Assembly (NCBI RefSeq): GCF_018977255.1 | Contig: NW_024704742.1 | Location: 23,996,001-24,060,000, forward strand | Origin: Callorhinchus milii | Taxonomy: Eukaryota | DNA: 64,000 nucleotides | Reading direction: 5' to 3' | Shown here: in pieces, positions 39,481 to 51,215 of the stretch | Numbering within the stretch: the stretch's first letter is position 1 | How the letters are laid out: every line of letters starts with the position of its first letter | The notes under the pieces: model-generated | The model's database searches: none | Seen by the model: the letters and a program-made list of their open reading frames with translations, nothing else | What the model was told of the DNA's origin: nothing | Made by a program: the position numbers and the translations under genes

Positions 39481-42400
39481 TGTGGGCGAAATAATGGGTT
39501 CAATGGTCTTTTCTGGGTTGTAAACTTTCCAGAATTCTTATAACTCCGTAACAATACTTAACCATTGGCATGGTATAACTTCATGGTGCCCATTTGCACT
39601 GGAGACGAGAAAAACAAATGGTACTGGTATTGTGTAACTGCCTCATCAGGTAGGAAATGTTGCTGGATGAGAATGAATAACCACATCCTTCACTGTGTTT
39701 CTGCAGAATACAACAGCGTTCTTACTGAATGCACATCACATTGTCTGCATTTACAGAGACGGTGTGGTGATGATGAATTCCATTTCGCAAAATAAAGTGT
39801 TACAGGAATATCTTTTTTATTATTGTGTTGAATATGTGAGGGGTACAGGTTTGAACCTGATCAATGATTTCAGCAACCAAAAGCTGAATTTATACAGTTT
39901 CAGTAGGCTCTCAGGAAAGATTGTCGCATTAGGTCAAGAACACCATTCAAAGAACAATTAATGCTACCCAATAGTTGAGTTGGTAAAGCCATGGGCTCGT
40001 ATGAAACTGACTTGTTCAGACCATAAAGGTTCCAGGTTAGATTGCTGGTAAGTGCCAAATTAGTGAATATTAGAAAGGGATGTAAAAGGGATGCTACAGT
40101 TGTCCAAGGTATAGTTGAATCACTGAGATAACAGGAGAATCAGTGCCCCTGCACTGTACACCAGCACAAATCAATATTGGACACCTGATGTTGATAACTT
40201 GAAATGGGAAAATGTTTAATCCCCCTCATCTTTATATTAAATTCATGATTTCTAATAATAAAACTACCTTGTTTCTCACCATTTTGCAATTTAATAGGTC
40301 TCTCCTCTGTGAAGTATGGGTTAACAAACACACAAATGGAGGAAGTCAATTGTTCAAGGTCACAGCAAGGAAGGACATGACAATCAGGACCATCTATACC
40401 AGCAATATGTAATTAGGCTGCATTTCAGGCTACTTATACAGATTAAGACTTAAACCAAAATGTATAAAAAAGATACTGTAAACCCTCCAATGTGTTCAAG
40501 AAACATTGAATGTGGTAAGGTGTTTCATTTCAATTAGAATAAGGATTTTACATAGAACTGCATCAATCTTACTGCAAACCAATTTTCAATTTACGCTTTC
40601 ACCTTCAACTATTCAATAGACTTAATTGAATGTGCTTAATTGTTTTTGGGACAAAATTGGATACTAAATTTTCTTTGCTAACATCTCAACATCTGCCAAG
40701 AAGAGCCTCAGTGGATATTGAAAAAGTACAGAGTGTGTGTTTTAATTCGCTGCACAAAACTTTGTCACTTCAATTCTCCAGGCACCAGCAGTTCTGGTGC
40801 GAGATTTGTGCACTATAAATAAGAAAATCAGATGAGATGCAGCAGAAACAAATCAAATTTCACTTTGAATTTGCTGGAGCTGCTTCCGTCCTGCCCCCTC
40901 GGTCATCCCTCACAATGTCATACTTGCTTTTCTTCACTCCTCTTAACAACAAATGAAGCAATGTTCTATCTATGTGTTGGTCTCTGATTGGCGAAATAGT
41001 GCCTGGGCTCCATACATCTTGTGACCATTATTAGACTGTTAACTATCCCTTGCATCTGAAGCATTCATCTAAGCCACAGGAAATGTCAGTTTAATTCCAG
41101 CAACCTGTGTGAAACTGCATCTAGCAGACCACACATGCAGCACAAGAGAAGGTTTATCAGTAGATTAAATAAACTCCCAGCAAGGTTCCCCAAAATGCTA
41201 GAATAAATTTTTATGACAAGCTGATCTGGAGAAAAAAACAGAATAAATAGAAGATACAAAAATGCTTCTGTTTCTCTCCCCATCCAAGTACAGTATTACA
41301 CAAATTGAACCTCCAAACAAACTTCACTTTTATTATTCAAACTCTAGATATTGCTATATACATGAGTCATTGTTATCTAACTTGAAAAGATTGCCTCATG
41401 ACAATCTTTACATAAACTGCTGAATTCATGGCTAAAATTGTGCTCAACTGGTTAGCATGGTGTAACTTCAATCACAAAATACACAGCCTTCAAATTTCCA
41501 TGAAATGGTCAAGTTACACAAAATAAATCGGTTCACGGATTTCGCAGAGCTCATTATAGCATTAACTCCAGCTTTGTCGTGGAAGTTAAGGTGTTGCTTC
41601 TGGCAGCCAAAAATGGTTTCAACTCTTCACTTATACACATAATGCAACTCAGAAACAAGAAACGTTTCAAAGCACACTTTAAAGGTTTCTCAAGAAGTGC
41701 CCTCTAGAGGTTTGAAAGAGATTCACTGCTTGTTTTTCATTTTGTAATAAAACAGGACATGGTCTCCATCTGCTCAGAAACCTCATCGTGGACGTGTGGA
41801 AATCAACAGTCAAACCCTCTCTGATCTGGTTGATTGACACATAAGAAACCAGATTCTTTTTCCCTGCAGATAAAGCTGGTAATTACCAAGGCGAGACACA
41901 TGCCAAGCCAACAAACCTTACTGTTCGATACACGTCCACTCCAATGCAGATCACCGAGTGAAACACTTTCTGTGCATCATGAATCCTTGCTCGTTACGTT
42001 ATGTTTGAACTGGGAAAGCTGCCTATAGCTCCAAAATTGTGGCTCTATTAGTTTCTGATTTCATGAACTCAAAACAAGGGAAGCTGAAAAACAGCTCAAA
42101 TTAAAACAATGCATATATTCTGCAAAGTTTTTTTTATCCTGTTGCATATCCCACCCATTTCATAATCTTCAAAGTATTTAAAGTAGCTTTAAATATGTTC
42201 TGCTTTTAATATACAAATTTCACTATTGTTCGTTTTTTTCTTCGTCCCTCGCCTAAAGGAATCAGCTCATTCTGTTTCACGACACAGACACCCTCTGGTA
42301 CTTAACTGAAATGGCCATTCTTCCCATGCAAGTCCTGACAAGGAGTATCAGCAAACTATTTGAGTGTGTGGGGCATCACAGCCAAGCCTAATCCTATCCT

Positions 42401-45119
42401 TCACCAGACACTCACACAGAGTAACAGGAGTCGCTGGGTAGCCAGAAGAAATTGCCTGCTTTTTAGCAATAACAGAACCTGATTCTTTCCCCCTTCCTAC
42501 TTCAGGGCTAACAGAATATCAAAGAAAAATGAGACTCAAATGTAAAGCAGATAAAGTTATGGAGCGTCTATTAAAGCACAACTTGACTATACAGCGGTGA
42601 TGTTACTGGGCACATAAGTGTCCAATTCCCTGTTGAAAGTACTTGCATGAATCAATTATATGATTCTGTCAGTTTAAATTAATATTTTGAATCAAACTTG
42701 TTAAATCGCCATTCCTTCCTCCCACCAATAAACTTCATTGTTGAAACCTGAAGAAACGTTCGGAAGCTGAAAGTAATCATCAGTTTGAAGAAAGCTGGGA
42801 ACGTTTGCTTAGTTGATCAAAGTACAAAGATTTTTTTAAAAAACTCAGGGTTTCCAACAAATATGAAGCCAGAATGATTTGAAAAGCAGTGTGGATGCTT
42901 CATGCCTTTTAACTATTTATATTTTTACACACTACCCCCAACTATGCACGGTATGGTATCTTGAGTAATTTGCTTTTTTGACAATTCTGAACTTAAATAG
43001 ACAGGGAAAGGAGGGAGGGAGGTGCGTGCGGTGCGGTTAGAAGCAATGCTGACCAATTAAATCCTGTTAATGAACATTACTTTAAATTAAGCAAATATTT
43101 GCCGACAACAAAACTTGATAAAGGCTTAATAAAACAATATGTTTATAGGGCTATAGAAGTGATTAATAGTTGGTGGTTGCAGCCAAATAAGCAGCAGACT
43201 ATTGCTACAATGCTTCAAATTAAAAACCATAAATATGGTAGGTAATTACTAATATTTTCCTGACAACTGAATGGAAATTAGGGACTATCTACACAGTAAG
43301 TAATTATTCAAAAACAGTATGTTTTTTTAGTTGTAAAAATGAAAATGTCCTCCTGTGAATTCATCTTGGAGCCTTTCCTAAGTTATTAACATTCAGAACT
43401 TGTATTGATGGACCCTGTTCATGATGTTAGAGCAGAGGAAAGGGAAAGTGATGCAGATTACAATTTTTGATACATTAACAATGAAACCAATGTGAGCATC
43501 ATCCCACTGCTCTGCAAAGATATGTCAAAACTGCAACTATTTCTGTCAGCTGCCACAGCGTATCGTGGGATAGTCATGCTCTCCTAATGCAGGTTATTAA
43601 TAGAAACAAATATCAGCAAAGTGAGTGCAGATGGCCGTGTAGTCGATATACTTCTATGGTGCATTTTAAGATTGCAGCTGGAGCTCAAGTTTACCAAGAA
43701 CCAATATACAGTATACTAAAAAAATTTAGTGAACCCCCAAACTCTTTGTTAACTCCTCAAAAACTTGTCATTTTATTGTACCTAGTTATCAGTTTATTAA
43801 TGAAACAGATTAACTTTACTTAAGCATCAACCAAATAATTGTAGTTCTGGCAATCTATGATAATATTGACATTTAAGAATAGAAAAGGTAAATTACAGTA
43901 AGTAGAGAAACTTTTTTTGAAATACGATCAAGTGAAAATCGTGACTGTATATTATTGCCGTTGCAACAACTACTGCAACCGAGATGAGCATTATCAGCAA
44001 ATATATGAAGCAGAAAGAACAACTCCTGAACTTGCTGGACACGCAAACAGCAAACTAACTAATATTATTTCTTTATTAATAAATCCTGCACAGTAATCTA
44101 ACATAATAGTAGCTTTTACAAGTTACTATTGATTAGGTTAATGTTTTTTGTTTTCATATTGTGGAACATAATTGGAAAACGTGATTTCTTAAAACAAATG
44201 AATATAAGACACTGGAAAATGTTATGCCAATGGTATCTTATAAAGTGCATTAAAGCGGCTCTTGAGCATCGTCCACAGAAAATGTATTATATAAAAATAC
44301 TTTTAATTCCTGGCCGTATTCAGTGTACAAATAGAATTATTGACCATATAAAGCGGGCGCATTGGGAAACATTCCAAAATGTATAAATCTTATATCACTA
44401 TCAATATTAAGTTTCTATCCTTGATAACGTGCTAGAAATCAGCAAAAAATGCAGTGTTTGCCTCAAAACTCCTCACACATCAATTACCGATGTAATCACT
44501 GAAGGAAAGCAGACCTTTTGTTAAATTGGTGCATAGAACTAAAATGTCATAGAAAGTATAGATTGATCAAATTTGTCTGAACGAAAGGGTCAAATGAACA
44601 TTACTAGATTTACTAGAAGATAGCATGATTGAGAGCTGGATCTGACATTTGAAGTTTTGAGATAAAGCTATGCATAAAAGTATTTGTTATAACAGGAAAA
44701 CAAATCGACCATTATCGACTATGGTCGTAGGAATAAAAGTACAAAATGTGCTTTTGCTAGGATGGTTCAGTGAACTAATTTAAATAGCACAGCTATTACA
44801 TCTGAGAGGCTCAATATCTCTCTCTCGCTCTCACACATACACACACACACACACACAGAAATATTCACTTTTTATAGAAAGTCAAAGTTTAGCTCAGGTC
44901 TCTTAAATTACTGTATTTAAACCAGCTTGTCTTTATTTTGCTTTTTCTTTCGATCTGTAAAACTATTGACCAAAACAGAATGATGTTCATAATTTAAGTT
45001 TCTATATAGGATAGTTATGTAACTTCACTTTTATTATCAGATGAAGTGCAATGTGACAAAGTAGTCGCAAAGCAATTCTAGAAGTACTGCAGGTCTTGAA
45101 GCAGTAACTCAGCACTCAC

Positions 45120-45224
45120 CCGTCTGCGACAGCAGGGAAGGCCTTGGGTGATTATGCTGATGGCAATGTTCATGTTAAACATCTTGAGCACCGGGTGGTG
45201 CGATAAAGGCTCTTTGTCGCTCAT
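45120..45224 (-). CDS. FBXW7: FBXW7 gamma-isoform first coding exon from first in-frame ATG (frame open upstream to 45341)
   Basis: (ILSHGSVLDEP)MSDKEPLSHHPVLKMFNMNIAISIITQGLPCCRRR aligns with human gamma (TLNHG...SAKEPLPHQTVMKIFSISIIAQGLPFCRRR). Donor CGG|GTGAGT, phase 0. Lies between alpha and beta as in human. Confidence 0.92.
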
Positions 45225-47363
45225 CGGTTCATCAAGAACTGAACCATGGCTCAGAATAGCTCTTCTCTGTGCTGATGCTTTGGGTTTATTTACTCGATGG
45301 CACACAATGACAACCCTTACTCTATAAGGGCATGGTAACGTTTAAAAGCACTAACTCATAAAAGTTTTGCAATGCACAAAATGGGCAAAGAAATCACAAG
45401 GCCTGCTGCCTCCCCCCTTACAACCTTCTCCCACCAGCTACGAAGTCCAACCCACTCCCCAGTCAATAAGCTTTCAAGTTCAAATTCTCTGAGGCAAGCC
45501 AAACACAGTGCAGCATGACTATAAACTACTTCTGTAGCTGACATCACTGGAGTGAACTGCCAATCCTGCAGCTGATACAGCTCTAAACACGCCATCCACA
45601 AGGGCCAGGGCTGACCATTCAGTGTATTTTGGAGGAGCGAGGTTGATTAGCCAAGGAATGTGTCCTCTCTGTTCATGTTTTAAATTCCTACTGATATACG
45701 ATCTTAACATGTGATCAGCCAATCCAAGACCTTCATATGGCTCACCCAGGAACCAAACACTGTAGCAGGGACTTCTGGGTGTCTAGCTTTTTCAATGTCA
45801 GCAAAATCTAGGGGTCACAAAGAACACAGGAAAAATAAAGCTCATAAAATAGTGAAATATTAATGTAAACACCCGGTAATTAGTGACATGCTACACTTGT
45901 ACTTACTGGCCACCAAGGGTAATTAATTGAAGGGCAAAACCACCAGACCATGACCCTTTTATTGATCTGCATAGTCCAGCTTTTCTTGTACTTCACATTT
46001 TTAGATTCAGTCTTTAAATAGTCTTGGAAGAAATAAAAGCAGACAACTCTTCCCCCCCCACCCCGCCTCAATGTTCCGATCCTTATCAAGTGCAGCCAAC
46101 CTATTCTATTTCTAATAATTATTTGATTTAAGGGGGATCTCAAACCAAGGTTTAATAAACATTTTGAAACTGCAGTATTCAGGATAGGCTCACTGACGGC
46201 ACATATATAACCTTGGCATCATACTCTGCTCCTCTACAAACCAACTAAAATTAGTAACACATTTGTTAGTTCCTTAAAAAGATAAATGATAACATTCAAT
46301 TTCCAAATGGTTGTTCTAAGGATTGTCATGAATCTATTAATTTCTCAATTTTAATTTAACACGAGCTTATTTATTCCATAATCCCTTGGATAAAACAAAC
46401 CCTTAAACCCCTTTTCAGCGAACACCATTGTAAATTTGACATCTAAACTAGGCTGATCGCTTTTCAGGGGTAATAATACTTCCAAAATAAATAAATATTT
46501 TGGTCACTAAATCCCGATTGTTTCTGGGACACTGTTGTGTGCAATTGGCTGCCGCATTTCTCCCATAAAATATACAGTCAATTCACTTTACAGTATATTC
46601 TGTGATGTGCTTTGAATTGTCTCAATGACGTGATAAGGCACAATATCAAATGCAAAGATTATTATTATTACTAGGTTGTACATGTACAGTGCATATCAAT
46701 TTTACCCACTTTATGTCCAATGACAACAAAGAGCACTCTCCAAGCAGAAAAATTCCAAGAGGTGCCTGAACTTTTGCATTGACAGTTTACACCTTGATTA
46801 AGAACCTTTTGAGAGGCTCTTTCATCCGAATTTGAAAGTTTATGCGCAAGAGGTCTGAAGCTACTTGCCAGTTGACCAAGAGTATTTTTTTGAAACATCA
46901 GCATATCAATTTGAATGGTTCCTTCAGGATAAAGGAGCTCAAAATCTTGAGGTTGAGTGCTGGCTAAAAACCTGACCTTTTGGGAACAAATTAGTTGATA
47001 CAACTGATCAATTGAAATACAATGGAATAGAAAGCTGCTTAAGAACATGCAAATGCACCTACTGCCAAGGCTAAGCCGAGAACTGAAAGATTATACCAAG
47101 GAATCACCATTGACGGTTATTCAAAGTACTGGGAATTTGGCAATTTGGGTGACACTACAGCAAAGTTTGTAATAAGAAAACTCAAAGTGCAAGTGTGAGA
47201 CCTGGAATATCTAGGCATCTCCCCCCACCTACAAAAAATAATGGTTCAGTTTACCTCTGAATAAGAATTCAAGAAATTCGCCCATGTCTGAGACTTCAGG
47301 TGTGTTACTTTATTGCCAGGATATTAAAAGAAATAGAAATGCAGACCAAGCTGCTTAATTGTC

Positions 47364-47760
47364 GAAACAAAAAACAGAAGTCGCTGGGAACACTCAGCAG
47401 GTCAGGAAGCATTGGTGGAGAAAGGAAAGTGAGTTAACGTTTCAGGTCCACGACCCTTTGTCAGAACTGGGACATGTTGGGAGGGAGAGGCTTTCAAGGG
47501 CTTACAGAGAGGGGGGAGGCAGGACAAAGAAGACAAAGAAGAAAATGGGGTAGAGGACAGGGGTTGATGTGTTAAAATGGTGTTAAATTTCAACAAAAAT
47601 AGGCAGACCAGAGAGAGAAAAGGTGCATCTGGGACTCCATCATCTTCTTCTGATGTTGACTCACTATCCTTTCTCCATAGATGCTGCCTGACCTGCTGAG
47701 TGTTCCCAGCGACTTCTGTTTTTGTTTCAGATTTCCAGCATCTGCGGTATTTTGCGTTCT
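47364..47760. mobile_element. Penelope-like element end with inverted duplicated terminal repeat
   Basis: Arms 47364-47440 and 47654-47728 are reverse complements (gatgctgcctgacctgctgagtgttcccagc...); carries a hammerhead-like motif. Confidence 0.75.
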
Positions 47761-48109
47761 GCTTAGAATTAGAGAATTGCTTCTGACAACATGTTTTGTT
47801 TCTTTTTTTACACATAGTATTTGCAAAGAGAAAGAGGCGGTATCCTGTCAGCCAAGCTCATTGGCAGCACTCTTGCCTCTGAATCAGAAGCTTATGGGTT
47901 CAAGTCACAAGTGGGATAGCGCTGCATTGTTGGAGGTACTGGCCTTTGGATGAGACATTAAAATAAATTCCTGTCTGCCTATTCAGTTGGATGTTAAAGA
48001 TGCCACGGCACAATTTGAAAAGAGAATTTCTTCCAGTGAACTGGTCAACAATCCCCCTTAGATTAAAATTGCTCATTCACAAAATTAGTTCGGATGAAGG
48101 CCTTTCAAC

Positions 48110-49000
48110 CCAGTTGATCGCCTTCCAGAATACCCATCACCATCAGAAGCAAGCCTTTTTTGAAAAACAAGTCCAGTGATCTGGCCAACTCTCGGTGCAG
48201 CCTGACCAGAGTACTACATATGTCAGGGATATATAAGCTCAATATATTTAGCAATATAGCCCAGCATTGCATGCCCTTTCAAGCTCTTTACAAGACCGTA
48301 TGCTGTCTCCTCTGATTTCACAGTGGCCTACACTAGGCCAGTGAATCGAGGTCATAAATACACACAAGGAACAGGAGTCCAATTACAGACCCCCAAGGCA
48401 CCTCATTTAATAACTCCACCCCCACCACCATTTTGACCTAGCTCTCCTGACAAAAACGCTCTGCTTCCTTCCCTTCAGCCAGTTCTGAATTCACGTTCAG
48501 CCCTCGACATCCAATGACCAGCTTATGAAGGAGCCTTTCATGTGGTCGTTTCTCAAACAACTTTTGGAACTCTAGATATACTACATCATATGGCTTTCCA
48601 GTCAATTTGGGCTGTCATCTGCTGAAATATGAGGCTGGTCAGGGAAAGCTTACCCTTTCTGAACCCATGTTGGCTGACATTTATTAGGTTTTTTTTTAAC
48701 ACAAGGAATCTTCCACTTCCTTTCTGATGATTGACTCTGTACTTTTTCCAATTATTGAGGTCAGGTGAATGGGTTTATAGTTGCCAGATATGATTCAGTC
48801 AACTTTTTTGAATATGGGAACATTTTTTGCTTCCAGCCCTTTGGAACATTCACAGTGATAATCGACTTCCTCATAAGTCAGTGCTGTACAAATCTCCTGC
48901 CTTGTTTCCCTAAGTACCCTGGGACACAGTTCATCCGCCCGGGGGGGGATTTGTTGGTTTTAATCTCAGCTTCATTTATGTTAAAGTCCTAGAGCTCAAA
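48110..49000 (-). mobile_element. Degenerate CR1 reverse-transcriptase fragment
   Basis: Minus-strand YDVVYLEFQKLFEKRPHERL (cf. DVVYLDFQKAFDKVPH) and VPWGSVIGLLF (cf. GVPQGSVLGPLLF). Confidence 0.8.
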
Positions 49001-49614
49001 CAATGTTTGCAGGATGTTAGGCATATTCTTAATGCTCTCCCTTGTAAAAAGCTGCAGGAAATAAGTAATGTAATGGTTGCTATCTCCTGTCAATTCTCCT
49101 TTTCAACCCCTTTGAATCCCTTAGGATATAAACATCTTTCCTGATTTCCTCTTGCTGTTATAATATTGAAATAATTTGGGTATTTACTTCAGGGTGGTTT
49201 GCTGTTATGGGACAATGCTGTGCACAAATTGGCTATTGCATTTATCTACAAATCATTAAACTTTACAGAAGATGCTGTGAAACATTGACACGATAAGACA
49301 CGATAACTATAACAAATAAAAGTATTATAATAAACAACAACACGCCAGGCTGTCGGACTGGTCACCACTCCCCAGCTTCCAAGGTGGCTGGTGCTATAAA
49401 CATACAGGGAATTACTGCACTTAAGATGTTGCTGTTGGAGGAATTGTTTCTCAATTGGTTGTTAGTTGCTTCAAAGAGCAATTCATCTTGTTATAGGAGA
49501 CTTTCTGCAATGCAAAAAACTTCCTCATTGCTTGGAATATATTCCTTAAATATTGATATTCCTTAAAAGGATGTTTTGATTTAGATATGTTAAATAATGA
49601 AAGAAACACATCAT

Positions 49615-49925
49615 CATCATCATATGTAAGAGTTTCCAAACTAGACGGAATTCCACATATGTACACCACCAACTCACTGACACCTTTCTGTGCGTGGAAT
49701 GGAATGTGTACTCTCACTGGAGGGACGCACCCTGCTTATTTTATTCTGGAGAGTATTAGGCACAGGTTGGCAAGAGGCAAAGATTGGGGACTCTGGAACG
49801 TGTGCTGGTATTACACTCGAGCTAAAACTCCCTAACTTGCCATTGAGAGGACTGTCTGGCAAAGTTCCTACGCAAGAGCTTTCATTTGCAGCACCAACAG
49901 GAGCTGAGTGGGAAGAATCCATGCT
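49615..49925. repeat. Unclassified interspersed repeat B (relatives at 23950-24110(-), 52369-52486(-), 56320-56870(+))
   Basis: Shared blocks ttctggagagtattaggcaca and ttgccattgagaggactgtc among copies. Confidence 0.8.
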
Positions 49926-50109
49926 ACTATCCAACTCCTGCCATCAGCAATGTCTTGAGGTATTGTGGATACACCGGCTTGTGAAGATGACCTAGAAAGC
50001 TTTTTCTCACCAAAGTGTCAACAATCACGATAAGTCACTCTCCTACTTTGGTCTGGCAGTTTGTTCAAATCCCGAAATGTCAGTCTGGCCCTTTCCCATT
50101 GAACACATC

Positions 50110-50460
50110 TAATAAAATAATAATACTTGCATTTGATACAGTGCCTTATATCTTCGAGACATCTCAAAGCGCTTCACAGAATATACTGTAAAGTGAATTG
50201 ACTGCATATTTTTGGGGTGAAACGTGGCAGCTAATTATGCACAGCAATGTCCCACAAACAGTCATGGATTGAAGTGATCAATTTATTATTTTTTTTGAAG
50301 GAATTATTACCCCCGGAAAAGTGATCTACCAATCGACTCACAACCGGGTTCCTACTTAGTGCTAGGTAAACAGAGACATGTGGAGTAAGGAAACTTGCCC
50401 AATACTTTGTCCTGCCAAGAATCAAACCCGAGTGCTCTAACCACTGAGGTACAAGACTTC
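50110..50460 (-). mobile_element. tRNA-derived SINE, longer-middle subfamily (small deletion in head)
   Basis: Colinear with 38295-38660. Many 5'-truncated copies also present (e.g. 11840-12020, 15500-15660, 20700-20870, 32910-33075, 34735-34890, 36040-36200, 46500-46670, 53560-53670). Confidence 0.85.
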
Positions 50461-50674
50461 ACCAGAGATCTAACCAGAGAATGACATTTCACAGTTGATC
50501 TTGCAATTCTGGCTTGACCATCACCATGTGTCCTTTACATATATTAAATAATCTGTACTCACTTCCATCATCCTGATTAAACCATGTATCTCAGATTCCT
50601 ACCACATCATAATTAATGGTTGCTACCAGTATGCTCTGGGTTTAGGTTTTTTGAATGCTTCTAGTACTTAATTA

Positions 50675-51215
50675 ACAATAACAACAATTTGGATTTATAT
50701 AGCGCCCTCCACACCGGATGGCGTCTCAGAGCGCTTCACAGTGATGGATCCCGGGGCTGAGCCAGGGGGAGGGGGAGGAAGGTGATCAAAGGTGTAGTCG
50801 AAAAGAAAGGTCTTCAGCTGAGACCTGAAAATAGGAAGAAGAGGCGAGGTGAAGGGAGTTCCAGAGCCTCGGGGCGTAGTGGTTGAAGGCATGGCCGCCG
50901 ATGGTGGAGTGGAGGATTCAAGGGACAAGGAGGAGGCCAGGTCCGGTGGAGCGAAGGCAACGGGCACTGTTTTGAGGAGAGGGGGGTACAGAGGAGTGCA
51001 GGGATTTGAAGACAAGGTTGAGGATCTTGAAGTCGATCCTCTCTGGGACAGGCAGCCAGTGCAGTCTGGCAAGGACTGGGGTTATCGGGGAGCGGAGTTT
51101 GGTGCGGGTAAGAATGCGGGCAGCAGAGTTTTGGATGTCCTGGATTTTGTGAATGGTACTGGAGGGGAGACCGGCGAGGAGGGCATTTGAATAGTCCAGC
51201 CGAGATGTATCTGAC
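50675..51215 (-). mobile_element. L2 LINE 3' fragment
   Basis: Minus strand ISAGLFKC...[27 protein letters not shown] sequence with (TTG)n tail. Confidence 0.85.

Noticed and set aside
45907..45972. ATG...CCA|GTAAGT phase-0 mini-ORF (MQINKRVMVWWFCPSINYPWWP) upstream of the gamma exon
   Set aside because: No supporting context and no phase-matched acceptor in the gamma exon; illustrates the chance rate of such patterns.
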